IMG/VR virus record: IMGVR_UViG_3300009085_000002
Span: 1 to 64,000 of that record
Length of the DNA: 64,000 nucleotides
Source of the DNA: a virus
Direction: 5' to 3' (one strand)
The notes below the pieces were generated by a model. That model searched no databases and was not told the origin of the DNA. It saw only the letters and a list, made by a program, of their open reading frames with translations. A program made the position numbers and the translations under genes. Shown here piece after piece: positions 28,301 through 36,440 of the stretch (its first letter is position 1; each line of letters opens with the position of its first letter).

Positions 28301-28375
28301 GTTACAAATACAGTAGATAATGATGATCCTACATTTGTTACAGGTACTGTTTATTTTAGAAAAGAACATAATTAA
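25316..28375 (+). CDS. Gly/Asn-repeat fibre/adhesin-like protein with N-terminal Sec signal peptide
   Basis: Start ATG 25316 MKKKILLCLMLLGSLLCHG|QF; two blocks of NxxxGxxAG ~14-15-aa repeats; C-terminal C1q/TNF-like beta domain (TLTIITPGDYIIMFSF). Confidence 0.7.
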   Translation: MKKKILLCLMLLGSLLCHGQFDTSFFYKNVKIQNKDLVVDTVKLRYGILFSNGSYQSIAFASSNYYTKLQINDTLLDYLRSNNDTATNLSISDSLLKFNMGNNSILFFDDTGNVYIGNYPTVPTPSGTRNVFIGYRTGWKVTTGYGNIGIGYLSLDSVTTGNKIVSIGDYSGTRIKTGNSSLFIGSFSGQNTQTTSGQTNTFVGYGSGTQNTTGYENAYYGSFSGNQNITGIRNTALGEYNYYGDSANAGSYNVYVGYGVARQNRGNLNIMLGAYSGYANVANQYTGDTNIYLGPYSGYGSYGDKNIYLGPYAGYNQTSEDNLLLIGNQNYGSKANEYTNSLLYGNFSTKRLYINNWVSTDTIENTDSLTIKASSNVFKFKNDGFHVGTNADGSIYTGSLTFGNGANIADSYNTIQLEDDTLLIRNTANDSITLIPGDTAKIVSNHDDIYIKELTTDSIHNFKTDRIVIPDQTLYKGTQYWGNNLGGRYLTTIGGNNVPGWGNISVGDSAGMNITNGHYNTFLGFKAGYAATQAMANTCIGYRSGEKIIGNDTIFYNSGVGYANTFVGSQAGRDCDTGGYNTGVGVDVLHNLTGGKNNCAFGVHAGNNTTVGMYNCYFGFSSGYNNTTGSYNVAIGLNALTGGVTVSNAVGIGLNAGAANLVDGNIFIGGQSGIANTTGAANQYLGYYAGRYNQSGENNTFFGNYAGYNMNGGGYNVFIGHQAGYGSTGITTRYYNTMIGCQVATANQGNANTIIGYQAQKTATNAGSCTMIGYKAGYYETGNYKLYIANSDDRTPLIYGEFDNNKINVNGSFAITTESNMGLTDSCEKTTFSSGNPVHTMMATDGDDWSYTINTSDQALFQNAGGGYVFDNDLSYELRHAYMDFQDSSEVVNVSQNVYSYITNDNKTLFTTIEASNITESGDTLTIITPGDYIIMFSFEVENSSVGDRYRIGIFKNNIKVFSIGQKFPSASDTKIISGFYYFENLVAGDDISFRVTNTVDNDDPTFVTGTVYFRKEHN

Positions 28376-28396
28376 TACTCACTAAAAATAAATTAT

Positions 28397-28642
28397 ATGG
28401 CAAAAATAGGATTTTTTCAAGAAGATGTAGGAATAAATTCTTCAACAAGATTAATTTTTATAATAGGCTCTATTATTAACTTATCTGTTTTAGTAGGAAT
28501 GGTTTTTAAATTAAAAGTAGATCCCATAGTAGCTGCAACTTTCTTTGGAATGGTTGAAAGTGTATTATGTGGTTTAAAATTAATACAAAATCATCAAGAA
28601 TTAAAATCAACTAATAAACCTAATAAAGAGGAGGAGGATTAA
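28397..28642 (+). CDS. putative holin
   Basis: 81 aa, two TM helices, SSTRL motif, charged C-terminus. Confidence 0.55.
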   Translation: MAKIGFFQEDVGINSSTRLIFIIGSIINLSVLVGMVFKLKVDPIVAATFFGMVESVLCGLKLIQNHQELKSTNKPNKEEED

Positions 28643-28782
28643 TGTATACTTTTATGTTTATAAGTGGAGGAGATATGTGTACTGAAAATATATTTGCATC
28701 TTCAGCTACTGAAGCATGGAAAATATTTGAAGCATCACATCCTGGAATTCATCCTATTAGTGGTCCTAAAAAGGAAACCTAA
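28642..28782 (+). CDS. small hypothetical protein (46 aa, not in ORF track)
   Basis: TAATG overlap; MYTFMFISGGDMCTENIFASSATEAWKIFEASHPGIHPISGPKKET*. Confidence 0.6.
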   Translation: MYTFMFISGGDMCTENIFASSATEAWKIFEASHPGIHPISGPKKET

Positions 28783-28783
28783 T

Positions 28784-29218
28784 ATGAGAAAATTAATAGA
28801 TATATCAGTAATAATAAGTATATTTATTTCTATAATTTGGTTATTTTATTTTGAAGATCTTGTTTATCCTAGTAATAGTAAATTTTTATTTATTCAAGAT
28901 AAAATAAATTTAAACAATAATATAGAAATTGAGTGTAATAATAATATAAGAGTGGTTATGCTATTTTTATATTATTCTAAAGAATACTTACCTTACATAT
29001 TATTACTGATATTCTATTACAAGTTTACAGAATTTAAATCTTTTTATTTTGGATCTATTATATTTTTTATTTCAATGTTTTTAATTTCTACATTATTGTT
29101 AATATTTGAAACTACCAACTATAAAGAATTAATAGGAGATCCTATAATAGGATATGGTTTAATTTTAATATTTATAGTTGCCTTATTTACTAGAAAACAT
29201 ATTATAAAAAATTTATGA
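28784..29218 (+). CDS. multi-TM membrane protein
   Basis: Start reassigned to ATG 28784 (MRKLIDISVII); about 4 TM helices. Confidence 0.65.
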   Translation: MRKLIDISVIISIFISIIWLFYFEDLVYPSNSKFLFIQDKINLNNNIEIECNNNIRVVMLFLYYSKEYLPYILLLIFYYKFTEFKSFYFGSIIFFISMFLISTLLLIFETTNYKELIGDPIIGYGLILIFIVALFTRKHIIKNL

Positions 29219-29682
29219 AAGAAAAAATTGTAACACCTAATCTATTTTTTAAATGGTTTAAAAATAACTGGAGTACAACAATAATAATAGTAACACTAAT
29301 AGTAACTGTATATGGATATATTACAAGTACTCAAGTTACTGCATATAATGTAAAAAAGTTACAAGATAAAGAGCTTATAAAGGAAAATATAGAAGATTTA
29401 AATGATCTTATTAATGAAAAAAATTCTAGAATAAATAAGTTACAATATAGAAATATATGTAGAGATATAAGTATTTCAAGAAAAAAGAGTAAAGAAACTA
29501 TTGAAACTTTATTAGAAGAAATACGAAAAGATAGTGAGGAAATTCTTAAACTAGAACAAGAAGTAGAAAGATTGATAGAAGATAAAAAAGAAGAAAAGGA
29601 CAAATTAAAGGGTATTTATTATAGAACTCTTCCTCTTAATTCTGATGAGGTGTTAGTTAATTTAAATGAATTACAAGAATGA
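29215..29682 (+). CDS. TM plus coiled-coil protein (lysis-module candidate)
   Basis: One N-terminal TM followed by a long coiled coil. Confidence 0.6.
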   Translation: MKEKIVTPNLFFKWFKNNWSTTIIIVTLIVTVYGYITSTQVTAYNVKKLQDKELIKENIEDLNDLINEKNSRINKLQYRNICRDISISRKKSKETIETLLEEIRKDSEEILKLEQEVERLIEDKKEEKDKLKGIYYRTLPLNSDEVLVNLNELQE

Positions 29683-30254
29683 AAAGATACAATTTTGGAC
29701 TAACTTTATTATTAATAATAATAAGTTTTATATTAGGTTTATATACTAGACCATATATTTTTAAAGAAAAAGTAGTTACTTTAATAGATACTATATTTAT
29801 TGATACTAGTACTATAATAATTGATACAGTTCCTACATTAATTACTCAAACAGTTATAATACCACAATATGATACTATAATAAAGATAGTTGAAGGAAAG
29901 ATTAGAATTGATACTTTGGAAGTAGTTCAAGACTATATATTGGCTAGAGAATATGAAACTAAATTAGATACAAATGAAGTATCTTTAGATATAATAAGTA
30001 TAGTACATTTAAATAAACTAAAAGAACAAAGATTAGCTATAAAAAATAATAGAATTACTTCTATAATCAATAAAACAGAAATTATAGATAATAGTAAAGG
30101 TTGGTATATTGGAGGTAATATAACACAATCTATTAAAACTGAGTTTGGTATATCTTCTTTATATAAGACTAAAAAGAATGATATATTTGAGATAGGTGCG
30201 CAATTTACTAACCCTAACATAGGATTAAAATTAGGTTATTATAGAAAATTTTAA
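29679..30254 (+). CDS. spanin-like / lysis-associated membrane protein
   Basis: N-terminal TM, repeated IDT segments, C-terminal amphipathic beta strands ending in F. Confidence 0.5.
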   Translation: MKRYNFGLTLLLIIISFILGLYTRPYIFKEKVVTLIDTIFIDTSTIIIDTVPTLITQTVIIPQYDTIIKIVEGKIRIDTLEVVQDYILAREYETKLDTNEVSLDIISIVHLNKLKEQRLAIKNNRITSIINKTEIIDNSKGWYIGGNITQSIKTEFGISSLYKTKKNDIFEIGAQFTNPNIGLKLGYYRKF

Positions 30255-30256
30255 AT

Positions 30257-30988
30257 ATGGAAAATTTTGTAACTTTAAATAAAATTATATATAGAATATG
30301 GGAATCCTTAAGAGCTGGTATATATAATGATGATTCTTTAAATGATAGAATCATAGAGAATGATATTGTAAATGCTAGAGGATTATTACTTAGAAATGAA
30401 TTAAGTAAAAATAGAACTATTGATGTGTCTATAAGACAAAGAATATCTAATATAAAAGTAGAAGAAACATCAAATCCTAATTTATATGGGTATAATAAAA
30501 TGTATCTTAAAACAAAAACAACTATTCCTAGGACTATAGAAAGATATCATAAACCTACTATAACTAGTATAACTATAGCAAATGATAGTTATAATAATAT
30601 CCCTTTATTAGATTTTAATATAGTAGATTTAGTAGGAAATGGTAGATTTAATACTAATAAGGAATTTTCATTTTTACATGATGAGTATTTGTTTATACAT
30701 AATCCAACAAGAAGTACTGCATCTAGTTATATAACATATTATAAAACTACTTATACTTCTCTATCTGCATTGACTGCTGATGAAATTAATTTAGATATAG
30801 AGGGAGTATTTCAGAATCCTAAGGATGCAAATGTATTATTAACTAATGATGATGAGTATCCATTATCTACTTGGATGGTAGATGTTATTATTGGAATGAT
30901 TTTAGATAAATATTTAAAAGTAGATGTGCGTGCTCTCAAAGATACTACTAATGATAATAATCTTAAGTTAGAAGCAACAAATGGATAG
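30257..30988 (+). CDS. tail ring protein
   Basis: crAss ring motifs (DDSLNDRII...RGLLL; IEGVFQNP; YPLS...D.TND); synteny. Confidence 0.7.
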   Translation: MENFVTLNKIIYRIWESLRAGIYNDDSLNDRIIENDIVNARGLLLRNELSKNRTIDVSIRQRISNIKVEETSNPNLYGYNKMYLKTKTTIPRTIERYHKPTITSITIANDSYNNIPLLDFNIVDLVGNGRFNTNKEFSFLHDEYLFIHNPTRSTASSYITYYKTTYTSLSALTADEINLDIEGVFQNPKDANVLLTNDDEYPLSTWMVDVIIGMILDKYLKVDVRALKDTTNDNNLKLEATNG

Positions 30989-31499
30989 TGGATATAAGTA
31001 CAGAACTCATGTAGGAGCAAAGGATATATATAAATATTATTGTAAGAAGACTGGTAATCCAATGAAACTTACAAGAGGTCAATTCACTAACCTTTTTAAG
31101 GAAATAATCAATCATTTTATGGATCTTATGATTCATAAAAATTTCCATTTAAAATTACCTAGAAGACTAGGAACAGTTTGTATTATTGAATATACTATAC
31201 AACTTAAAGAATATGATGGTAAATTAGTTAAAAGAGGATTAGCTCCAGATTGGTCAAAATGTCATATATTATGGGAAAAACTATATGGAAAAATGTCTTT
31301 AAAGGAGTGGGGTAAGATAAATAATAAACCTATAGTTTATTTTAAAACTAAAAGAAGATGTAAATTTCTATGGGATAAAAGAATATGTAATATTTCAAAT
31401 ACTAGAAGATATAGTATACATCATTTAAAACACCATAAACAAGAATTAGTACATAGTATAATTGAAGATGATAATTTAAAATTTAACAATAATAATTAA
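30981..31499 (+). CDS. IHF/HU-like crAss tail-region protein
   Basis: LKLPRRLGTVCI and PDWSKCHILW; located between ring genes. Confidence 0.65.
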   Translation: MDSGYKYRTHVGAKDIYKYYCKKTGNPMKLTRGQFTNLFKEIINHFMDLMIHKNFHLKLPRRLGTVCIIEYTIQLKEYDGKLVKRGLAPDWSKCHILWEKLYGKMSLKEWGKINNKPIVYFKTKRRCKFLWDKRICNISNTRRYSIHHLKHHKQELVHSIIEDDNLKFNNNN

Positions 31500-31501
31500 T
31501 T

Positions 31502-32209
31502 ATGTTATCAGGAAAATTTGTATCATTAAAAACAATACTTGAAAAAGTATTTAGAGATTATCAGGGTACTATTAATCCTGATGATTTATATGTAGAAGAA
31601 GCTTTAGAATGGACAGGAGAAGCTTTAGGGTTATTAGGAATAAATGCAGTTTATGAGGATGTAATAGAAGAAATAGAAGTAGAAGATTATTCTTGTGATA
31701 TACCTACAGGATTAGTACAAATTAATTTTATTAGATCCGTAGATAGTTATGTTCCTATTTATAAGAGTACAGACTTAATGTATAATTCTGAGAATTCTAA
31801 GTTTTTTGGAGATAGTTATACTTATAAAGAAAATAATGGGCACTACTTGTTTAATTTTGAAGAAGACACAGTAGAAATATCTTATAAGAAATATATAACA
31901 GACACTTATGGTCCAATGATTCCTGATGATGATACATTTAGATGTTATGTAGCTGAATTTATAGCTTGTAAAGTTGTAAAAAGATTATGGAGAATAGGAA
32001 AAATACCTGATAAGATTAGAATAGATTGTGAACAAGAATTATCTTTTTATGCAAAAAGAGCTCATATGAGAGGTATAACACCAGATTTAGCAAGTATGCA
32101 AAATTTTGTGAATATGTCTTTAAGACTATTACCAAATATTAATTGTTTTGATACAGCTTTTGGTAGTTTAAGAATGCAAGGACAGAGGCCAACCCCTAAT
32201 GTAAGATAA
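31502..32209 (+). CDS. tail tubular/ring protein (P22 gp4-like position)
   Basis: FVSLKTILEKV, VEISYK...GPMIPDD motifs; precedes muzzle. Confidence 0.75.
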   Translation: MLSGKFVSLKTILEKVFRDYQGTINPDDLYVEEALEWTGEALGLLGINAVYEDVIEEIEVEDYSCDIPTGLVQINFIRSVDSYVPIYKSTDLMYNSENSKFFGDSYTYKENNGHYLFNFEEDTVEISYKKYITDTYGPMIPDDDTFRCYVAEFIACKVVKRLWRIGKIPDKIRIDCEQELSFYAKRAHMRGITPDLASMQNFVNMSLRLLPNINCFDTAFGSLRMQGQRPTPNVR

Positions 32210-32210
32210 T

Positions 32211-35200
32211 ATGAAACATAAAATAGGATTTTCCAAAGGATTAAATAAAGATATTTCTCCAGATAAATATGATAGTGAAAATTATTGGGATGCTATGAAT
32301 ATTCAGATTATGTCTGATACAGAGCATGGTGGGTATGCAGTTTCTCAAGAATTAGGTTTAGGAACTTTATTTTTATTTCCTACAGGCCATGAATTGCTAG
32401 GATGGACTACAATGAGAAATTATTTAATTTGTTTTACTGGAAAGAAATCTACAGCAGACTATTTATATATATGGCTGCTTGAATTTGAAGGTTCAATAGA
32501 TAAGATAAAAAAATCTTCTACTCCTGGAGATTACATAACTTATATGGATACTTTAAGTACTTCTTACCATTTAAAGTACTCTGCTGATCTAAATATAAAC
32601 TTTAGTGATTCTAATGAATTAAAAATAGATTGTCTTGCAAAGTATATAAATTCTACTTACGGTAAAGTATATTGGACAGATTTTAATAACCCCCTAAGAT
32701 CTATTAATATATTAGATCCATTAGTAGCCTCTACAGATTCAGGATTACTAGATGTTATTCCTGATATAGAATTAACTAATCCTAAGTATAATGTAACTTC
32801 TACAACATCTACAGAAGTACTACCTGGAGGTATTATTCCTTCTGGTATGGTTCAATATTGTTATCAACTCTTTAATAGAACTGGTGTTTATTCTGCTATA
32901 TCTTCAATGACAGCACTGTTACAATTAACTTCTGTAAGTCATGCTGTTGCAGATCCTCATGATTATATAGGAGATAGTTTAAGCACAAGTTCAAATAAAA
33001 AAATATCTATAAATATTACTAATACAGATAGTAATTATGAATATATAAGAATAATAGGTATATATTATACAGATAGCACGAATATTCCTTCAGTAAAAGT
33101 AGTTAAAGAGGCTATAAATCCAAAGACAGGAACTTTAATTGTAGTAGATAATGGTAGTAATTATTTAGAAACACTTACTATAGAGTCCTTAATAGGATCT
33201 AGTAATTTATTTACATGTAAAACTTTAGCAGTTAAAGATAAAAGACTTTGTGCTGGTAATATAGAAGAAACTTTCTTTGAAGTAGATTATGATACTAGAA
33301 CTTATAGATTTGAATATATAACTCCTTCTCCAAGATTATATGCAAGAATACAAAATGTTGATGGTACGGAAGCAATAACAAGTGATCCTATATTATATTT
33401 GGGAGGAGCTTGGAACTATGATAGAGCTTGGTTTGATACTATAATGAACGGAGGAGAATCCATTCCAGAGGAACATGACTGTTTTATTGGTTATAATAGT
33501 TTATATGATGCTACAGCAAATAATACTAATAATCCCTTATATTTCTATAAGTGGATGTTATATGATAATGGAGATGGTACTTGGACTAGAAGATTAGGAG
33601 GTATGGGAAAAAATATAGACTATTGGTTTACAATAGATCCTATAATAATGTTAGATAATGATGTTAATTCTGAGGAATATTTATCATCAAAAGGAAATTA
33701 TAACTATGATTCTTGGTATCCTAATGCAAGTAGAGTATCAGATGCTTATGATGATTGGATTAACTATAAATGTTATACTAATTCAGGTTGCTTTAGGGGA
33801 TATCAAAGAGATGAAATATATAGATTTGGAATAGTTTTTATTAATGGAAAGGGCCAGAGATCCTATGTATCTTGGATTGGAGATATTAAAATGCCCGCTA
33901 TATGGGAAGAAGATGCAATTGAAACTATTACTGGAATATATACATTTCCTACAGCTATATGGGATAATACTTATTCAGAATTAAAAGGATGTACACTATC
34001 AATAAATTTTAAATTATATAATATACCTATAGATCCTATTACTGGTGTAGAATATAGATATCAAATAGTTAGAGTAATTAGAAATCAATCAGATCAATCT
34101 ATACATTCTCAAGGTGTATGTAGAACTTTACAAGATGTTGGAACTGCAATGACTGAGTGGTATATGGACTTTCCAATAAATGCTACTCCGGCAGGACAAA
34201 CTTATGCTAAATATTTTACTTCTCCTGAAATATGTTTTTTAGGTAGTAATTTAAATGATCTTACATCTTATTATTTAGATAATCAATACACCTTTTATGA
34301 AACTGGAGATACTGTCTATGGAGTAAATAATTTACAAAAAATGGGAGAAGAGACAAGTATATCTTCTCCTATTGAAGCTTATGTATATAAGGGAAGGACT
34401 TGGGATAGAATGTATAATACAGTTACTCCTGGATTTGAAAAGCCTTTGACTGAAGCTACTCATAAAGTAGAAACTATATTAGATAGTTTTATAGCAGATC
34501 AAGAAGTTGATACTTTAACTGAATCTTTATCAGGACCATCTGGAGGCTATACAATTCTTATGAATATTAATGAGTTTGATCCAACTAATATGTATGGAAA
34601 AGTAGCTTTTATAACAACAAATATGTTACAAAGGCATGATGATTCAATTAGTTGTGTATCTAATTTAAAAACTATTAATATAAATCAATATGGTGGGTCT
34701 ACTTATATAGCAAGACAGAATAATGAATATATAATTTGTACAGGAATACTTAATGGAGAAAACTCCAGAAAACAAGTATTTGGAGGAGATATTTATATAT
34801 GTTATTTCTCTTGGTTAATGGCTGTAAATAGAGGACTTTTAGGAGCTACTTATGCAAGCAATGTACAAATTGTAGGGTTATATCCTATAGAAACTAGGTA
34901 TAATTTAGATATGCAGCATGGTGATTTTTGGCCTTATTTAAAAGAAGTATATTTAAGTGGTTATGCTGGTAGTTCTTATGCTCCTACAACTCAAACCAAA
35001 GACTATTATTTATATAATTCTGTGTATTCTAGAGAAGAAGATGTTATTAAATATTATGCTAAACCTGTATTATTTGAAGAACAACAACATATAGATACTC
35101 AAATTAAAATATCAGATCAAGCAATAGGTTCTGAACTTATAGATAGTTGGTTATCTTTTCAAACAAATAATATTTCAGAAGTAGATACTGAGTATGGAGC

Positions 35201-36359
35201 AATAAATAAATTATTAACTTGGAAAGATAAATTATATTTTTTTCAAGATATTGGCTTTGGTATTCAAGCATTGAATGAAAGAGCTTTAATGAGAACTGAA
35301 ACTGGAGAAGAATTAGTTATGGGTTCTGGAAATATAGTAGGAGATTATGGATATATATCTACTAACTATGGAACTAAATTTATGAGATCTGTATTAGGTA
35401 CAGAATCTTCTATATATTTTATAGATTCCTTATCAAAAGCTTTAGTATCTTATAATATGTCTCAACAAATACCTATTAATAAAATTAAAGGATTAAACAG
35501 TTATTTTAATAATTATTTAAATGGGGATATTACTGTAGAAGATTACGGAAATTTAGATATAGATATAAATTCTGGATTTGATAAAGAGAATAATAGAATA
35601 TATTATACAATAAAAAATTCCTATACTATTACAGTACCTACAACAAGTAATTACTTCTTATTATATACAGGATATGCTTATAAAATGGATCTAATAAAAG
35701 AGGGATCTATTTGGTATTATGGTACAACTCCTATAACTATAACATCAATAAATACAAGTTATTCTCCAGTAAGAATATATTTTACTGGAGCAACTATAAC
35801 TAATGCTTATACTAAACTTACAATACCCTTACAATTTACTATTTCATATAATGAATTATTAAACATATTTGAATCATTTCATGATTATTTACCTGATTTT
35901 TATGTAAGTGTACAGGATAAATTATTGCAGCACACTAGAAATGCAGTATCAGGTGGTGCATCTGGAACTAGATTAACTTCTGTACATAATGCAGGATTAC
36001 CAAATAGAACTTCTTATATAACTATACTTAGTAATCAATATCCAGATTTAATTAAGACTTTTACTAATTTAGAATATGACTTATCTACAAAATATTTAGA
36101 TAAAGATATATATGATAGTAATCTTTCTTCTATTCAAGTATATAATGATTATCAGAATACTAATGAAATAACTTTAACTAGTAATAATAGTAAAAGAAGA
36201 ATGAGAACATGGAGATATACAATTCCTAGAAGTATAGCAATGACTACAGGTGATAGAACTGATGCCAGAATAAGAGATTATTATAGTAAGATAAAATTTA
36301 AATTCATAACTAATAAAATACAAAAACTTAGAAATGTGATAGTTAAGTTTTTACCATAA
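32211..36359 (+). CDS. tail stabilization/muzzle protein
   Basis: KGLNKD, KVYWTD..NPLRSINI, GYQRDEIYRFGIVF...WIGDIKMP, IDSWLSF...YGAINKL, RIRDYY motifs. Confidence 0.85.
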   Translation: MKHKIGFSKGLNKDISPDKYDSENYWDAMNIQIMSDTEHGGYAVSQELGLGTLFLFPTGHELLGWTTMRNYLICFTGKKSTADYLYIWLLEFEGSIDKIKKSSTPGDYITYMDTLSTSYHLKYSADLNINFSDSNELKIDCLAKYINSTYGKVYWTDFNNPLRSINILDPLVASTDSGLLDVIPDIELTNPKYNVTSTTSTEVLPGGIIPSGMVQYCYQLFNRTGVYSAISSMTALLQLTSVSHAVADPHDYIGDSLSTSSNKKISINITNTDSNYEYIRIIGIYYTDSTNIPSVKVVKEAINPKTGTLIVVDNGSNYLETLTIESLIGSSNLFTCKTLAVKDKRLCAGNIEETFFEVDYDTRTYRFEYITPSPRLYARIQNVDGTEAITSDPILYLGGAWNYDRAWFDTIMNGGESIPEEHDCFIGYNSLYDATANNTNNPLYFYKWMLYDNGDGTWTRRLGGMGKNIDYWFTIDPIIMLDNDVNSEEYLSSKGNYNYDSWYPNASRVSDAYDDWINYKCYTNSGCFRGYQRDEIYRFGIVFINGKGQRSYVSWIGDIKMPAIWEEDAIETITGIYTFPTAIWDNTYSELKGCTLSINFKLYNIPIDPITGVEYRYQIVRVIRNQSDQSIHSQGVCRTLQDVGTAMTEWYMDFPINATPAGQTYAKYFTSPEICFLGSNLNDLTSYYLDNQYTFYETGDTVYGVNNLQKMGEETSISSPIEAYVYKGRTWDRMYNTVTPGFEKPLTEATHKVETILDSFIADQEVDTLTESLSGPSGGYTILMNINEFDPTNMYGKVAFITTNMLQRHDDSISCVSNLKTININQYGGSTYIARQNNEYIICTGILNGENSRKQVFGGDIYICYFSWLMAVNRGLLGATYASNVQIVGLYPIETRYNLDMQHGDFWPYLKEVYLSGYAGSSYAPTTQTKDYYLYNSVYSREEDVIKYYAKPVLFEEQQHIDTQIKISDQAIGSELIDSWLSFQTNNISEVDTEYGAINKLLTWKDKLYFFQDIGFGIQALNERALMRTETGEELVMGSGNIVGDYGYISTNYGTKFMRSVLGTESSIYFIDSLSKALVSYNMSQQIPINKIKGLNSYFNNYLNGDITVEDYGNLDIDINSGFDKENNRIYYTIKNSYTITVPTTSNYFLLYTGYAYKMDLIKEGSIWYYGTTPITITSINTSYSPVRIYFTGATITNAYTKLTIPLQFTISYNELLNIFESFHDYLPDFYVSVQDKLLQHTRNAVSGGASGTRLTSVHNAGLPNRTSYITILSNQYPDLIKTFTNLEYDLSTKYLDKDIYDSNLSSIQVYNDYQNTNEITLTSNNSKRRMRTWRYTIPRSIAMTTGDRTDARIRDYYSKIKFKFITNKIQKLRNVIVKFLP

Positions 36360-36389
36360 TATATATATTTAATATTAATATAAAATAAA

Positions 36390-36421
36390 TTTGATTTTAC
36401 TTAAAATAAGTATTAATTTTG
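36390..36421 (+). promoter_or_regulatory. Bacteroidota primary-sigma promoter for the cargo-protein operon
   Basis: TTTG-N20-TAATTTTG. Confidence 0.8.
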
Positions 36422-36440
36422 TTAAATAAGGAATTTAAAT

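Noticed and set aside
25316-28375. Diversity-generating retroelement target in the fibre gene
   Set aside because: No reverse transcriptase and no template/variable repeat pair seen in the window
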